Source: Bacteroidales bacterium
GTDB taxonomy: Bacteria; Bacteroidota; Bacteroidia; Bacteroidales; UBA3663
Direction of reading: 5' to 3'
Length of the DNA: 64,000 nucleotides
Assembly (NCBI GenBank): GCA_017561935.1
Contig: JAFZBE010000043.1
Location: forward strand, 1,982-65,981
Part shown: in pieces, positions 7,787 through 17,103 of the stretch
Layout: each line of letters starts with the position of its first letter
Position numbering within the stretch: the stretch's first letter is position 1
Made by a program: the position numbers and the translations under genes
Notes under the pieces: generated by a model
Told to the model about the DNA's origin: nothing
What the model saw: only the letters and a program-made list of their open reading frames with translations
The model's database searches: none

Positions 7787-8899
7787 TTACTTTTGCCATA
7801 CACGCACCCAATCGACATCGAGGGAGACGGGGAGTGCGCTTTCGTCAACACCCTGGGCACCACCCCAGTCGCCGCCCCAAGCGAGGTTGAGGATGACGTA
7901 GAAAGGAGCGTTATAGGGCCAGTCGTCGTGGCCAAGACCGCGGTTGTCGTACGACAATTGTACCTTGCCATCGACGAAGGTGGTGATATTACTCTCGGTC
8001 CACAGGATGGAATAGGTGTGGAACTCGCCTTCGGCACCTGCGCAATACATCTCGTGGGTGACCTGCGTGCCGTTGGAATGCACATGTGACTTGGCATGGA
8101 GGCTCGAAGAAACGTAGTTGGGATGGTAGCCCACCTCCTCCATGATGTCGATCTCGCCATCGTCGGGCCATGCGCGGAAGTTGACAGGCATCATCCAGAA
8201 TGCGGGCCATGTACCCTTGCCCTTGGGCAGACGGATGCTGGCTTCGATGTAGCCATACTGCCAGCCCTTGTTGGCGTGGGCATAGACGCGGCCAGAGTAG
8301 ATCTTGCCGTTCTCCTTGAAGCAGTTGATGGAGAGGATGCCTCCCTTGACGGTGGCCACTTCGCGACCACCAGGTGATGCGACGTTGACGTAGGTCTGCA
8401 GCTCGTGGTTGACCCATCCGGCATTGGCTACCTGGTAGGTCCAGCCGTTCTGCTCGTCGATGGTACCGTCCTTCTCAAATTCGTCGTGCCAGACAAGTTT
8501 GAATTCATCGCCCATAGGACAGGTGATGCTGGGCTTGGTGGCGGCAGCCTGACTGACGGAGATGAACTCACGCTGGGTGCCTGCCTTGACGGTGATCTGG
8601 CCCTCACGGGCCTCGTAGTTGACGTTCTCGGTGATGGTAACAGTAAGGGTTGTGGAGCCTGCCTTTCCATTGGCGGGAGCGACGGTAAACCATGTCTCGC
8701 CATTGGTGGCAAAGGCTGCCCATTCGCGGTCGGCGGTGACGCTGATGCTGGCGGTGCCTCCTTCAGCGGCCATGCTGATGGCTGTGGGCGTAGCAGTGAG
8801 CTGGATGGCAACGGGATCTTCGTTGTCATCGCCACCGCCACAGGCCGAGAGGGCCAGCAGGGTGCTCAGAGCGACAGTAAGGATATTCATTGCTTTCAT
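7787..8899 (-). CDS. GH16 endo-beta-glucanase (laminarinase-like) lipoprotein with an N-terminal BACON-like domain
   Basis: Lipobox LALSAC. BACON-like segment (ISVTADREWAA..WFTV..G..TLTVT). Catalytic motif EIDIME. The track ORF starts at 8926; I prefer MKAMNIL at 8899. Confidence 0.88.
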   Translation of the reverse strand: MKAMNILTVALSTLLALSACGGGDDNEDPVAIQLTATPTAISMAAEGGTASISVTADREWAAFATNGETWFTVAPANGKAGSTTLTVTITENVNYEAREGQITVKAGTQREFISVSQAAATKPSITCPMGDEFKLVWHDEFEKDGTIDEQNGWTYQVANAGWVNHELQTYVNVASPGGREVATVKGGILSINCFKENGKIYSGRVYAHANKGWQYGYIEASIRLPKGKGTWPAFWMMPVNFRAWPDDGEIDIMEEVGYHPNYVSSSLHAKSHVHSNGTQVTHEMYCAGAEGEFHTYSILWTESNITTFVDGKVQLSYDNRGLGHDDWPYNAPFYVILNLAWGGDWGGAQGVDESALPVSLDVDWVRVWQK

Positions 8900-9058
8900 T
8901 GTATTTTTGTTAACTATTGAATGCACGAAAAGGTTTATAAAAGATCACGGATAACCAGGATTTAACGGATATTAGCCTGTAGAAAGAGGAATTCTGAGTG
9001 CATTACTTCGTCGCACTCAGCGCGGATAAAGCGGATGTTTGGTCAGATAAACTAGTCA

Positions 9059-9433
9059 TCACTTTACAATTCGAGTGAATTCCAATTTATCAAAGTGCCC
9101 AAAATTAAACAGAAGACCAAGCTTAAAACCTGTTGCTTTAAGGTAGTTATATACCTGATTCTTGTGAACGGTTTCAATCTCTGCAACCGCCTTTAATTCA
9201 ACTATAATTTTATTATAGCAAACAAAATCGGCCACATAAGTCTGAGTCAGTTCAACTCCATCATAGTGAATTTTAAGTTTCTTTTCCCGCTCATAAGGAA
9301 TACCCAGTTTCTTGAATTCAATTTCCAGAGCTTCTTGATAAACAGCTTCAAGGAAACCAGGACCCAGCGTATTATAGACCTTTAGAGCAGCTCCATTGAT
9401 CTTGTAACTATCTTCAGAATAGTAAAGTTCCAT
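9059..9433 (-). CDS. GxxExxY family protein (PD-(D/E)XK-like)
   Basis: GFLEAVY motif and ~124 aa, when started at MELYYSEDSYKINGAALKVYN. The longer track ORF start at 9478 lies before the likely promoter-proximal region. AT-rich relative to its flanks. Confidence 0.8.
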   Translation of the reverse strand: MELYYSEDSYKINGAALKVYNTLGPGFLEAVYQEALEIEFKKLGIPYEREKKLKIHYDGVELTQTYVADFVCYNKIIVELKAVAEIETVHKNQVYNYLKATGFKLGLLFNFGHFDKLEFTRIVK

Positions 9434-9516
9434 AAATCTTTTAAAACCAATTACGGAAAGAATGATCGCGTCAAGCATCTGTGTTATCTGTTCTGAGTGC
9501 GACGAAGTAATGCACT

Positions 9517-9524
9517 CAAAGATA
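9517..9524 (-). promoter_or_regulatory. -7 box TAtcTTTG for the GxxExxY gene
   Basis: Reverse complement of caaagata. It sits immediately upstream of the 27-bp arm, so the transcript would begin inside the arm. Confidence 0.45.
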
Positions 9525-9593
9525 ACTATCGACGATACATAATCCGTTAGATCTTAGTTATCAGTGATCTTAACCAATGATCATAGTAGAGGT

Positions 9594-9637
9594 AAAGAAA
9601 AGCTGCCTGACGTGTCCTGACGGGCACATCAGGCAGC
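9594..9637 (-). terminator. rho-independent terminator after the SGBP gene
   Basis: Minus strand reads GCTGCCTGATGTGCCC-GTCA-GGACACGTCAGGCAGC followed by TTTTCTTT. Confidence 0.65.
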
Positions 9638-9670
9638 GCTCACACACACATATATATAACTACTTACACA

Positions 9671-12061
9671 CTATTCAGCCTCCTGGATGATGATGTCCTT
9701 GATGGTGACTTCGCTGCCAGCGGGGTTGCCAGCGAAGTCGAATACCATCTTGAAGGTCTCGTTGGTGATGTCACCCTTCGAGAGGGCGAGGTCGGTGAGT
9801 TCGACTACAGTCTCCTCGTATGCTGCACAAGCATGGCGGTCGGCGGTGAGGTAGTTGTCGTCGTTGCCATTCTCGGTGAACTTGACAGTTACGCCGGGCT
9901 GATCCTGGTTGGAGTAGAGCGTGAAGCGCATGTTGTACTTCTTGTCGGCGCTAATGTCGGCCTTACCGAGCTCGGTAGCGATGTGCCACTGAGCCTGCCA
10001 CTGGTCGCTGGTAGCCTCGGGGAGCACGATGGAGTAGCTGTTACCCTCGACGACGGTCTCGGGATCGGCTATCTGTGCCCAACCTGGAGCATAGTAGAAC
10101 GAAATCGTGGGATGTGCGCCCTTGAGCCAGAGGTTGCGGTCGCCGGTGAGGTCCCAGTCGATGGTCTTCGGACCCTTGTGCTCCTGCAGGTGCATGTCGC
10201 TGATGGTGATGACAGCGTTGTCGGCATTGCCACCGAAGTCGAGGACGATCTTCATGTTGGTGATGTCGGCCATGTCGGTGCCGCTGGCAACCATCGGGAG
10301 GTTGACGAGCTCAATCCACTTTTCCTCGTATGCCGTGAGGGCATGACGGTCGGCAGTGATGAAGAGGTTATCGTTGTCCTCCTGAGTGATCTTGACGGTC
10401 ACGCCGGGATGATCGGTGTTGGAGACAATCTTGCAGCGGAAGTCATAAGTAAGATCCTTGCTGAGGGTGATGCCGGTGTTGTGGAAGCCGGCCTGTGCCA
10501 TCCACTGATCGGTGGTAGCTGCGGGCAGCGTCCAAGTGTAGGCATTGCCATTGATTTCGCACTCGGGATCGGCAATCTGCGACCAACCTGGTGCATACCA
10601 GTACTGCAGCTCGACGGGCATGCCTTCGAGGATGTTCTGACCCGACCAATCGACTTGCGGTTGAGGTTCGGGTTCGTCGCTCGGAGGAACGATGGTGTTC
10701 TTGGAGTGCTCGATGAAGCAGAAGTTCTTGATGGTCACCTCGGTGCCGGCAGCATTGCCACCGAAGTCGAGGAAGAGGTCGTAGGTGAGACCGCCGAGGT
10801 CGATGCCAGGCACGTCGTAGAAGTAATAGATGTAGTCCTCCATAGCACTTACCTTGACGCGGTCGGCGCAGATGAAGTTGCCATCATTGCCAGCTCCGGT
10901 CTGGACGAGCTTGACGGTGATGCCCGGGTGATCCTGCGTAGAGGTGATGACGCACGAGAAGTCGTAGTTCTGTCCGGTGGGCACGATGACGTTGTCGAGT
11001 GCGGTGTGGAGCGAGAACTGTGCCATCCACTGGTCGGTGGTTGCCTCGGGGAGACTTACCTTGACACTGTTGCCATCGAACTCGTATGGGAAGTCGGCGA
11101 TCTGTGACCAACCTGGAGCATACCAGATCGTGTTGAAGGTCGGGTTAGCCTGCTTCCAGAGGTTGTCGGGACTGTTGAAGTCGAAGCCAGCGAAGACGGT
11201 CTCGTGAGTGGTGGTAAGGATGTACTGCCATGCGATGCCTGGGGCTTCGCTGACGAGTGTCATCGACTTGGTGGTCATGTTGACCACGAGGTAACGTGGA
11301 TCCTGCCAGATGGCATCGTTGGCGATGTAGGGGAAGTAGGTCTGGGCAGGGAAGGTGAGGTAGAGGTTGTCGCCATCGACCTCGAAAGCATAGGTGGAGT
11401 TCATGTCACCGACGGGCAAGCTGAAGTCCTCGGTAGCACCTGTGGTGTTGAGGGCTGCGGTGCCGTAGTTGACATACATCGTACCGTTGGTTCCTGCGTG
11501 GAAGGTGTAGTGGTAGTCATCGGTGAACTCGAGGGAGTTGTCGTAGAGGCCGGTACCCTTCTTGTCGTCGGGCTGTGCCTTCCACCAACCAGTGGGATCC
11601 TCGACCGAAGGACCGCAGGCGAGGTGACCGACAGTCTGGTTATCGACATACCAGGGAGCCTTAGAGAGCATGGTGGTGTAGCGGGTGAAGTCCATGATGG
11701 TGTTGTCGATGTGGAAGGTCTTGGTGACCACGCCATCGCTGATGCCATCGCGGCTGCCGATCTGAACATCGACGCTGTAGTCGCCCGAAGAGGCGAAGAT
11801 ACGCTGGAAACCGTTGACGGTGCTGCGCTCAACCTTCTTGCCGGTGTTGATGTTCCAAACGGGATACACACCCTTGGCACCCTTGAGGTTGAAGGTGACC
11901 TGGTTGATGGACTGATCGACATTGATCTCGATCATGTCCGCGAAGCTGGAAGCCTCAGGCACGCCGCTCTCGTTGAGCCCTTCGATCTCGTCGGGTGAGC
12001 AGGCAGCGAGGGATGCTGCCATCAGAAGGGCACTGAATATATATTTGAATGACATTTTCAT
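9671..12061 (-). CDS. PUL surface glycan-binding lipoprotein (SusE/F-like position) with three tandem CBM-like repeats
   Basis: Lipobox LAACS. Three ~140-aa repeats share YAPGW(S/A)QIADPE...LPEAT(T/S)DQW(M/Q)AQ...DHPGVTVK. Sits directly downstream of susD. Confidence 0.8.
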   Translation of the reverse strand: MKMSFKYIFSALLMAASLAACSPDEIEGLNESGVPEASSFADMIEINVDQSINQVTFNLKGAKGVYPVWNINTGKKVERSTVNGFQRIFASSGDYSVDVQIGSRDGISDGVVTKTFHIDNTIMDFTRYTTMLSKAPWYVDNQTVGHLACGPSVEDPTGWWKAQPDDKKGTGLYDNSLEFTDDYHYTFHAGTNGTMYVNYGTAALNTTGATEDFSLPVGDMNSTYAFEVDGDNLYLTFPAQTYFPYIANDAIWQDPRYLVVNMTTKSMTLVSEAPGIAWQYILTTTHETVFAGFDFNSPDNLWKQANPTFNTIWYAPGWSQIADFPYEFDGNSVKVSLPEATTDQWMAQFSLHTALDNVIVPTGQNYDFSCVITSTQDHPGITVKLVQTGAGNDGNFICADRVKVSAMEDYIYYFYDVPGIDLGGLTYDLFLDFGGNAAGTEVTIKNFCFIEHSKNTIVPPSDEPEPQPQVDWSGQNILEGMPVELQYWYAPGWSQIADPECEINGNAYTWTLPAATTDQWMAQAGFHNTGITLSKDLTYDFRCKIVSNTDHPGVTVKITQEDNDNLFITADRHALTAYEEKWIELVNLPMVASGTDMADITNMKIVLDFGGNADNAVITISDMHLQEHKGPKTIDWDLTGDRNLWLKGAHPTISFYYAPGWAQIADPETVVEGNSYSIVLPEATSDQWQAQWHIATELGKADISADKKYNMRFTLYSNQDQPGVTVKFTENGNDDNYLTADRHACAAYEETVVELTDLALSKGDITNETFKMVFDFAGNPAGSEVTIKDIIIQEAE

Positions 12062-12081
12062 ATTAGTAGAATTTGTTTGGA

Positions 12082-13608
12082 TTAATACTCATTCTGCTTG
12101 AGAGCGACATCGGAATCGAGCTCAGATTGAGCGATGGGGATGTACTTCTTGCTTTGCGTCCATGTGCCTACACGGCCCTGGTCGTTGGGGTTGGTGCCAT
12201 CGCAGGGAGTGGGAACGAGGACTGTGGGAGCGAGACCTGTGCGGACGAGGTCCCAGTAGCGTTTGCCTTCGCCCACGAACTCGAGCTTGCGCTCGTTGAT
12301 GATGTTGTCGATAGTGGCATCGATAGCACCCAGACCGGCACGCTGGCGCACCTGGTTGAGCAGCGACTTGGCATCGCCGGAGCCGACGCGGAGCATGAGC
12401 TCGGCAGCGTTGAGCAGCGTCTCGGCAAAGCGGTAGTAACGCAGGTTGTTGTTGTAGTTGAGGTTGTTGTCAAAACCTGCATCGGCATTGTTGGCAGTCT
12501 GTGGACGATACTTCTTGAGCCAGATGTGGGTGTCCTGGAAGCGGTTGGTATATTCCACACCACGTACGTCCCAGCAGGTGGCATCGCGACGTACGTCGCC
12601 ATCCTCGAACATGTTGTAGGTAGCGGTGCGCACGGGGAGGAAGCCCCATCCGTCGGCGCCAGAGTTCCAGCCGTCACCACCGGGCCATGAGTTGGGTGAG
12701 ATGAGGGTGGGAAGCACGGTGCCGCCAATGGCGAGGGGACTGCCCCATCCGCGCTCGTTGTTGCCATCCTCGTAGTTGATCTCCCAGATGGACTCGTCGC
12801 ACCATTCGCCCGACTCCTCCCAGAGGTTTGCGTAGTCGGGGTTGAGGGCATACTTGCCGGAAGAGATGATCTCGTTCATGAAGCCGAGGGCCTTGCTGTA
12901 GCGGCTCTGGTCGTTCTGATACATCACCATCTCGGCATACATCATATAAACCATAGCCTGCGAGATGCGACCGCAGTTGGCGTCGTCCCAGCGCATGGGA
13001 AGAACATTCGAAGCGGCAATTGCCTCGAGCTCGACGATGAGCTGGTCATAGACCTCGTCGGCAGTGAGCTGTGGAGCAGTGTAGGGAGCGGTGAGGTTCT
13101 CGAGATAGAAGGGGATATTGCCGAAGTAGTGCCACAGCATGTTGTAGTAGAACACACGGAGGCTGCGTGCCTGCATCTCGTAGGATGACTTATTGGTCGC
13201 GGTCATATCGGGCACCTCGTACTCGATGTACTTGAGCACGTCGTTGCAGCGCTTTACGCCACTGTAATCGACGGTCCAGAGTGACGAGAGGGTATTGTTC
13301 TCGTTGGCCTGGTAGTTGGAGAGCATGTGCCAGTTCTGCATATCGGCGAGGTTGGAGCCACCTACCCAGAAGAGGTCGCCCATGATTTCGGCGTCGATGT
13401 TGAGTGCGTTGTACTGACCGAGACCCCAGTCGGGCCAATGGATAGGATCGTAGGCGGCGATGAGCGCCTCCTGTATATGTGCATCGGTGGTGTAGTATTC
13501 TTCAAGGGGTTCGCCTGACGGATTCTCCACCTCAAGGAACGAGTCGCTGCAAGCTGTCATGGCAAGCGTGGCAGCAGCCATCAGCAGGGCTGTATATTGA
13601 GTTTTCAT
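12082..13608 (-). CDS. susD: SusD/RagB family nutrient-binding outer membrane lipoprotein
   Basis: Lipobox MTACS. ~500 aa. Immediately downstream of the SusC-like TBDR. Confidence 0.9.
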   Translation of the reverse strand: MKTQYTALLMAAATLAMTACSDSFLEVENPSGEPLEEYYTTDAHIQEALIAAYDPIHWPDWGLGQYNALNIDAEIMGDLFWVGGSNLADMQNWHMLSNYQANENNTLSSLWTVDYSGVKRCNDVLKYIEYEVPDMTATNKSSYEMQARSLRVFYYNMLWHYFGNIPFYLENLTAPYTAPQLTADEVYDQLIVELEAIAASNVLPMRWDDANCGRISQAMVYMMYAEMVMYQNDQSRYSKALGFMNEIISSGKYALNPDYANLWEESGEWCDESIWEINYEDGNNERGWGSPLAIGGTVLPTLISPNSWPGGDGWNSGADGWGFLPVRTATYNMFEDGDVRRDATCWDVRGVEYTNRFQDTHIWLKKYRPQTANNADAGFDNNLNYNNNLRYYRFAETLLNAAELMLRVGSGDAKSLLNQVRQRAGLGAIDATIDNIINERKLEFVGEGKRYWDLVRTGLAPTVLVPTPCDGTNPNDQGRVGTWTQSKKYIPIAQSELDSDVALKQNEY

Positions 13609-13654
13609 AAGCTTGTTTTCAATTAATAATTAACAATTAATAATTAACAATTAA

Positions 13655-16600
13655 TTAGAATGAAATGTTGAATCCGACGGTCCAAGTGCGAGCCTGTGGA
13701 TAGACACCGCGGTCGATGCCGAGGGAGGTGCCACCCGAGGCGATTTCGGGATCGAAGCCCCAGTACTTGGTCCATGTGACGAGGTTCTCGACCATGCCGT
13801 AAACGCGAAGACGCTCGACGAAGGCCTTGCGTGTGAGCTTGGCGGGAAGGGTGTAGCCGAGGCTCATGTTCTTGATGCGGAGGTATGAACCATCGCATAC
13901 ATAGAGGTCAGACACCTGCCAGTTGGTCTCGTCGCTGAGTGCGAGGCGCGGATACTTGTCGGACGTGCCTTCGCCGGTCCAGCGGTTGAGCATCCATTTG
14001 GGATAGTTGCCGGAATATACGTCGCTACGGTAGGTTGCATCGAAGACATCGGCACCCTGAACACCCTGGAGGAAGATATTGAAGTCGAAGCCCTTCCAGT
14101 CGGCGTTGGCGTTGAAGCCGAAGGTCCAGTCGGGAGTACCGTTACCAATGTTGGTGCGGTCGTCGGTGGTGATGGACCCATCGCCGTTGACATCGACGAA
14201 GCGAACGTCACCAGGCACAGCTTTGGGCTGAATGAGTTCGCCCGATGCATTGGTGTAGGCACGTACCTCGTCCATATTCTGGAAGATGCCATCGGTCTTG
14301 TAACCATAGAAGAAGGGGAATGGCTGGCCGTTCTCGGCACGTGTGCCGCCACCGGAGATACCCTGGATGCCGTCGAAATTGAGGAAGCCTTCGGTATTGC
14401 CGAGGTTGATAAGCTTGTTCTTGAGGTAGGAGACGTTGCCCTTGAGAGAATAGTGGAAGTCGCGAACGTGACCCTTCCAACCGAGTTCAACTTCGACACC
14501 CTTGTTCTCCATGTCACCCACGTTGCCAAGAGGCTTGGTCTCGCCCACATAGCTTGGGATAGGCATGGTGATGATCATGCCGTTGGTCTTCTTGATGAAG
14601 TAATCGACGCTGAGGGTGAGTGCATCCCTCATGAAACCGAGGTCGATACCGAAGTCGTGCTGCTCGGACTCCTCCCACTTGAGGTCGGGGTTGGCAATAC
14701 GATTGGCCTTCGAACCGTTCTGCTTGGTGGCCATACGACCGAAGAGGACGTTGTTGCCCATCGAGGTGAGGGTGGTGTAGGTGAAGTCACCGATGTTGTC
14801 GTTACCGTTCTTGCCCCAGCTGTAGCGCAGCTTGCCGATGGAAAGCCAGGCGGGGAAGTTGAAGAACGGCTCACGTACGAAGTTCCAGCCGAGAGAGAAC
14901 GATGGGAAGACACCGTACTTGTTGTTGGAGCCGAAGCGGCTCGAACCGTCGCGACGTACAGTGAACTGGAGCATGTAACGCTCGTCGTAGTTGTAGCTGC
15001 CACGTGCGAAGAGTGACGAAACGGTGTGGGAAGTATAGGGGCCGCCCCAGACGCTGTACTGGACGGTGGCACCAGTGATGTTGCCGTCGGCATCGGACGA
15101 GAACTCGATGTTGCCGGTAGAGTAGTTGATTGACGGCTTGTTGATGTTAACGAGGTTCCAGCGGCTGCCGCCGATCTCGTCACCCTTCGACTTGAAGGCC
15201 GACTGACCGAGGACGATGTTGAAGCTGTGGAGACCGATGGTCTTGTCGTAAGAAAGGACGTTCTCGAGCTGCCATGTGGTTGACTTAGCCGAGAACTGCG
15301 AAGCGGAGGTATGCTCCTGCTTGTTGTTGCCCGAGAGGTAGTAGAGGCTCTTCACGGCACCATCGTAACCCCAGAAGGAGAGGTCGGTGCTGTAGGAGAA
15401 GCTGTACTTGAGGTTATCCCAAAGGCCGAGGCTGACGTTGAAGTGGGGCACGAACTTGTGGCTCCAGTTCTTGGAAGGATTGATGCAGTCGAGCATGGCG
15501 AGTGGGTTGTTCATTTCCTGATAAGCTCCACCGTAGCTGGCGATGGTATAGACATTGCCAGCAGCATCGACAGGCAGGTCATAGTCGGCATAGGTGGCCT
15601 TCATCTGCTCGGCATATCCACCCGTAACGGTTGGGGTGAGGATTGGCGACATGTAGAGGGCAGAACCGAGGACAGAGCCGAACTCGGAGTTGGTGGCGAT
15701 GCCGGTGCTGTGGGTGCGCATGTAAGAGAGGTTGACCGAGAGGTCGAGCTTGTTGAGGAACGTGCGCTCCTTGGTGGCATCGAGCAGGGTGTAATTGTTG
15801 TTGGAACGGATGGTCAGACGGTTGTAGTTGGACTGACCGTAGTTGCCGCCGACGATACCTTCCTGGCTGAAGTAGCCGATGGAGAGGTAGTAGTTCATCA
15901 TATCGCTGGCTCCGCTCACCGAGATGTCGTGATTGACGATGGGGGCATTGTCGTTGAAGACGAGCTCCTGCCAATCGGTACCGCCATTGACGGGGATAGC
16001 ATTGCCCATGGCATCGGTGAGATGATAAGGATCGGCGTAGGGTGCATCCTGGCCGGCGTTGATGTACTTCTCGTTCTGCAGAACGGCATATTCGGTGGCG
16101 TTGGCTACATCGCGGTGCTTCCAAGCTGTCTGCCAGCCCCAAGAAGCGTTGTAGTTGATCTGAGCCTTGCCCTTCTTGCCCTTCTTGGTGGTGACGAGGA
16201 TGACACCGTTGGCGGCACGTGCACCGTAGATAGCGCCCGAAGCGGCATCCTTGAGCACTTCGATACTCTCGATGTCGTTGGGGTTCACAAAGTCAAGACC
16301 TCCCTCGATGGGCATGCCATCGACGATGTAGAGAGGATCGGAGTCGTTGATGGTACCGGTACCACGGACACGAACACGCGAAGCTTCACCAGGCTGACCA
16401 GAGTTGGCGGTGACGTTGACACCGGCTGCGAGACCCTTCAGTGCATTGTCCATGCGGATGGGGGTCTTGTTCAAAAGGTCATCGCTGCTGACCTTGGCGA
16501 TGGCTGCCGTTACGACGCTCTTCTTTTGCACACCGTAACCAACGACCACAACGTCCTCAAGGAGCTTGTTGTCCTCGACCAGAACGACGTTCATCTGGGG

Positions 16601-16879
16601 ACGAGCAGCCTGCTCTTGGGTGATGTAGCCCACGAACGAGAACACGAGGGTGGCATTACTTGGAACATTGGAAATCGAGAAGTTGCCGTCAAGATCGGTC
16701 ACCGTACCCGTCGAGGTGCCTTTCACCACGACGCTGGCACCGAGGATGGGTTCGCCCATCTCATCTACAACGACGCCGTTCACCACCATCTGCTGGGCCC
16801 ATGCCCCCCATGGTGTGAACAGGAATAATGCAAGGAGCAATATAGCCCTTGACATCCACTTGTCAGAAGATTTTCTCAT
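13655..16879 (-). CDS. susC: SusC/RagA family TonB-linked outer membrane protein
   Basis: Carboxypeptidase-regulatory-like N-domain (VVDEMGEPILGASVVVKGT), plug motif (DPLYIVDGMP), C-terminal ...GFNISF. Start chosen at MRKSSDKWMSRAILLL rather than the track start at 16981. Confidence 0.92.
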   Translation of the reverse strand: MRKSSDKWMSRAILLLALFLFTPWGAWAQQMVVNGVVVDEMGEPILGASVVVKGTSTGTVTDLDGNFSISNVPSNATLVFSFVGYITQEQAARPQMNVVLVEDNKLLEDVVVVGYGVQKKSVVTAAIAKVSSDDLLNKTPIRMDNALKGLAAGVNVTANSGQPGEASRVRVRGTGTINDSDPLYIVDGMPIEGGLDFVNPNDIESIEVLKDAASGAIYGARAANGVILVTTKKGKKGKAQINYNASWGWQTAWKHRDVANATEYAVLQNEKYINAGQDAPYADPYHLTDAMGNAIPVNGGTDWQELVFNDNAPIVNHDISVSGASDMMNYYLSIGYFSQEGIVGGNYGQSNYNRLTIRSNNNYTLLDATKERTFLNKLDLSVNLSYMRTHSTGIATNSEFGSVLGSALYMSPILTPTVTGGYAEQMKATYADYDLPVDAAGNVYTIASYGGAYQEMNNPLAMLDCINPSKNWSHKFVPHFNVSLGLWDNLKYSFSYSTDLSFWGYDGAVKSLYYLSGNNKQEHTSASQFSAKSTTWQLENVLSYDKTIGLHSFNIVLGQSAFKSKGDEIGGSRWNLVNINKPSINYSTGNIEFSSDADGNITGATVQYSVWGGPYTSHTVSSLFARGSYNYDERYMLQFTVRRDGSSRFGSNNKYGVFPSFSLGWNFVREPFFNFPAWLSIGKLRYSWGKNGNDNIGDFTYTTLTSMGNNVLFGRMATKQNGSKANRIANPDLKWEESEQHDFGIDLGFMRDALTLSVDYFIKKTNGMIITMPIPSYVGETKPLGNVGDMENKGVEVELGWKGHVRDFHYSLKGNVSYLKNKLINLGNTEGFLNFDGIQGISGGGTRAENGQPFPFFYGYKTDGIFQNMDEVRAYTNASGELIQPKAVPGDVRFVDVNGDGSITTDDRTNIGNGTPDWTFGFNANADWKGFDFNIFLQGVQGADVFDATYRSDVYSGNYPKWMLNRWTGEGTSDKYPRLALSDETNWQVSDLYVCDGSYLRIKNMSLGYTLPAKLTRKAFVERLRVYGMVENLVTWTKYWGFDPEIASGGTSLGIDRGVYPQARTWTVGFNISF

Positions 16880-16977
16880 GCTAATGATGTTTTGATTAAT
16901 AATTATAATATGTGTAGAACATTGTTTCGTAGAGAGTAATAAAAAGCAGGGATAAACCCTTTGTCGCTTTCGACGGT

Positions 16978-16985
16978 GCAAAGAT
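16978..16985 (-). promoter_or_regulatory. -7 box TAtcTTTG upstream of susC
   Basis: Reverse complement of caaagata, ~100 nt upstream of the chosen susC start. Confidence 0.5.
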
Positions 16986-17103
16986 AGGGCTTATTTCAAC
17001 ATGTTGTATTAGCAAGTAATGTGTATCGGTAAGTTATACGATATAAGAATAGACTGTGTTTCAATAGATTAGAAAAATGAATCGGTAAACTTTGGTTGCG
17101 CAG

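Larger units (their letters stand above)
8940..9571. mobile_element. palindromic element of the 1410-1619 family carrying a GxxExxY gene
   Basis: Ends are AAAGATCACGGATAACCAGGAT (8940-) and ...ATCAGTGATCTT (-9571), inverted relative to each other. A 27-bp arm CTGAGTGCATTACTTCGTCGCACTCAG (8994-9020) and its reverse complement (9492-9517) bracket the ORF. Confidence 0.7.

Noticed and set aside
6719-8089. Very long antisense or off-frame ORFs in the track. Examples: 6719-8089 (+, 456 aa), 9833-11107 (+, 424 aa), 15311-16828 (+, 505 aa), 22948-24453 (+, 501 aa), 24511-26418 (+, 635 aa), 56216-57670 (+, 484 aa), 41297-42220 (-, 307 aa), 38671-39441 (-, 256 aa), 52781-53587 (+, 268 aa).
   Set aside because: Each lies entirely opposite or out of frame to a gene with unmistakable family motifs (GH3, GH16, SGBP, SusC, GH2, IspG, TBDR, PheT, SprA, AAA-CYTH). 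Their translations are low-complexity (V/G/D/E/H/R/L-rich) with no motifs. Long stop-free shadow frames are expected from the GC-rich third-position codon bias seen here.
16880-16981. N-terminal extensions of track ORFs: susC to 16981, acyl-CoA synthetase from 19035, regulator to 18933, ispG to 27120, AAA-CYTH from 52230, GxxExxY to 9478, 93-aa ORF to 62061.
   Set aside because: The extensions run through promoters, terminator hairpins or upstream genes. They precede obvious signal peptides or conserved N-termini, so internal ATGs were chosen instead.
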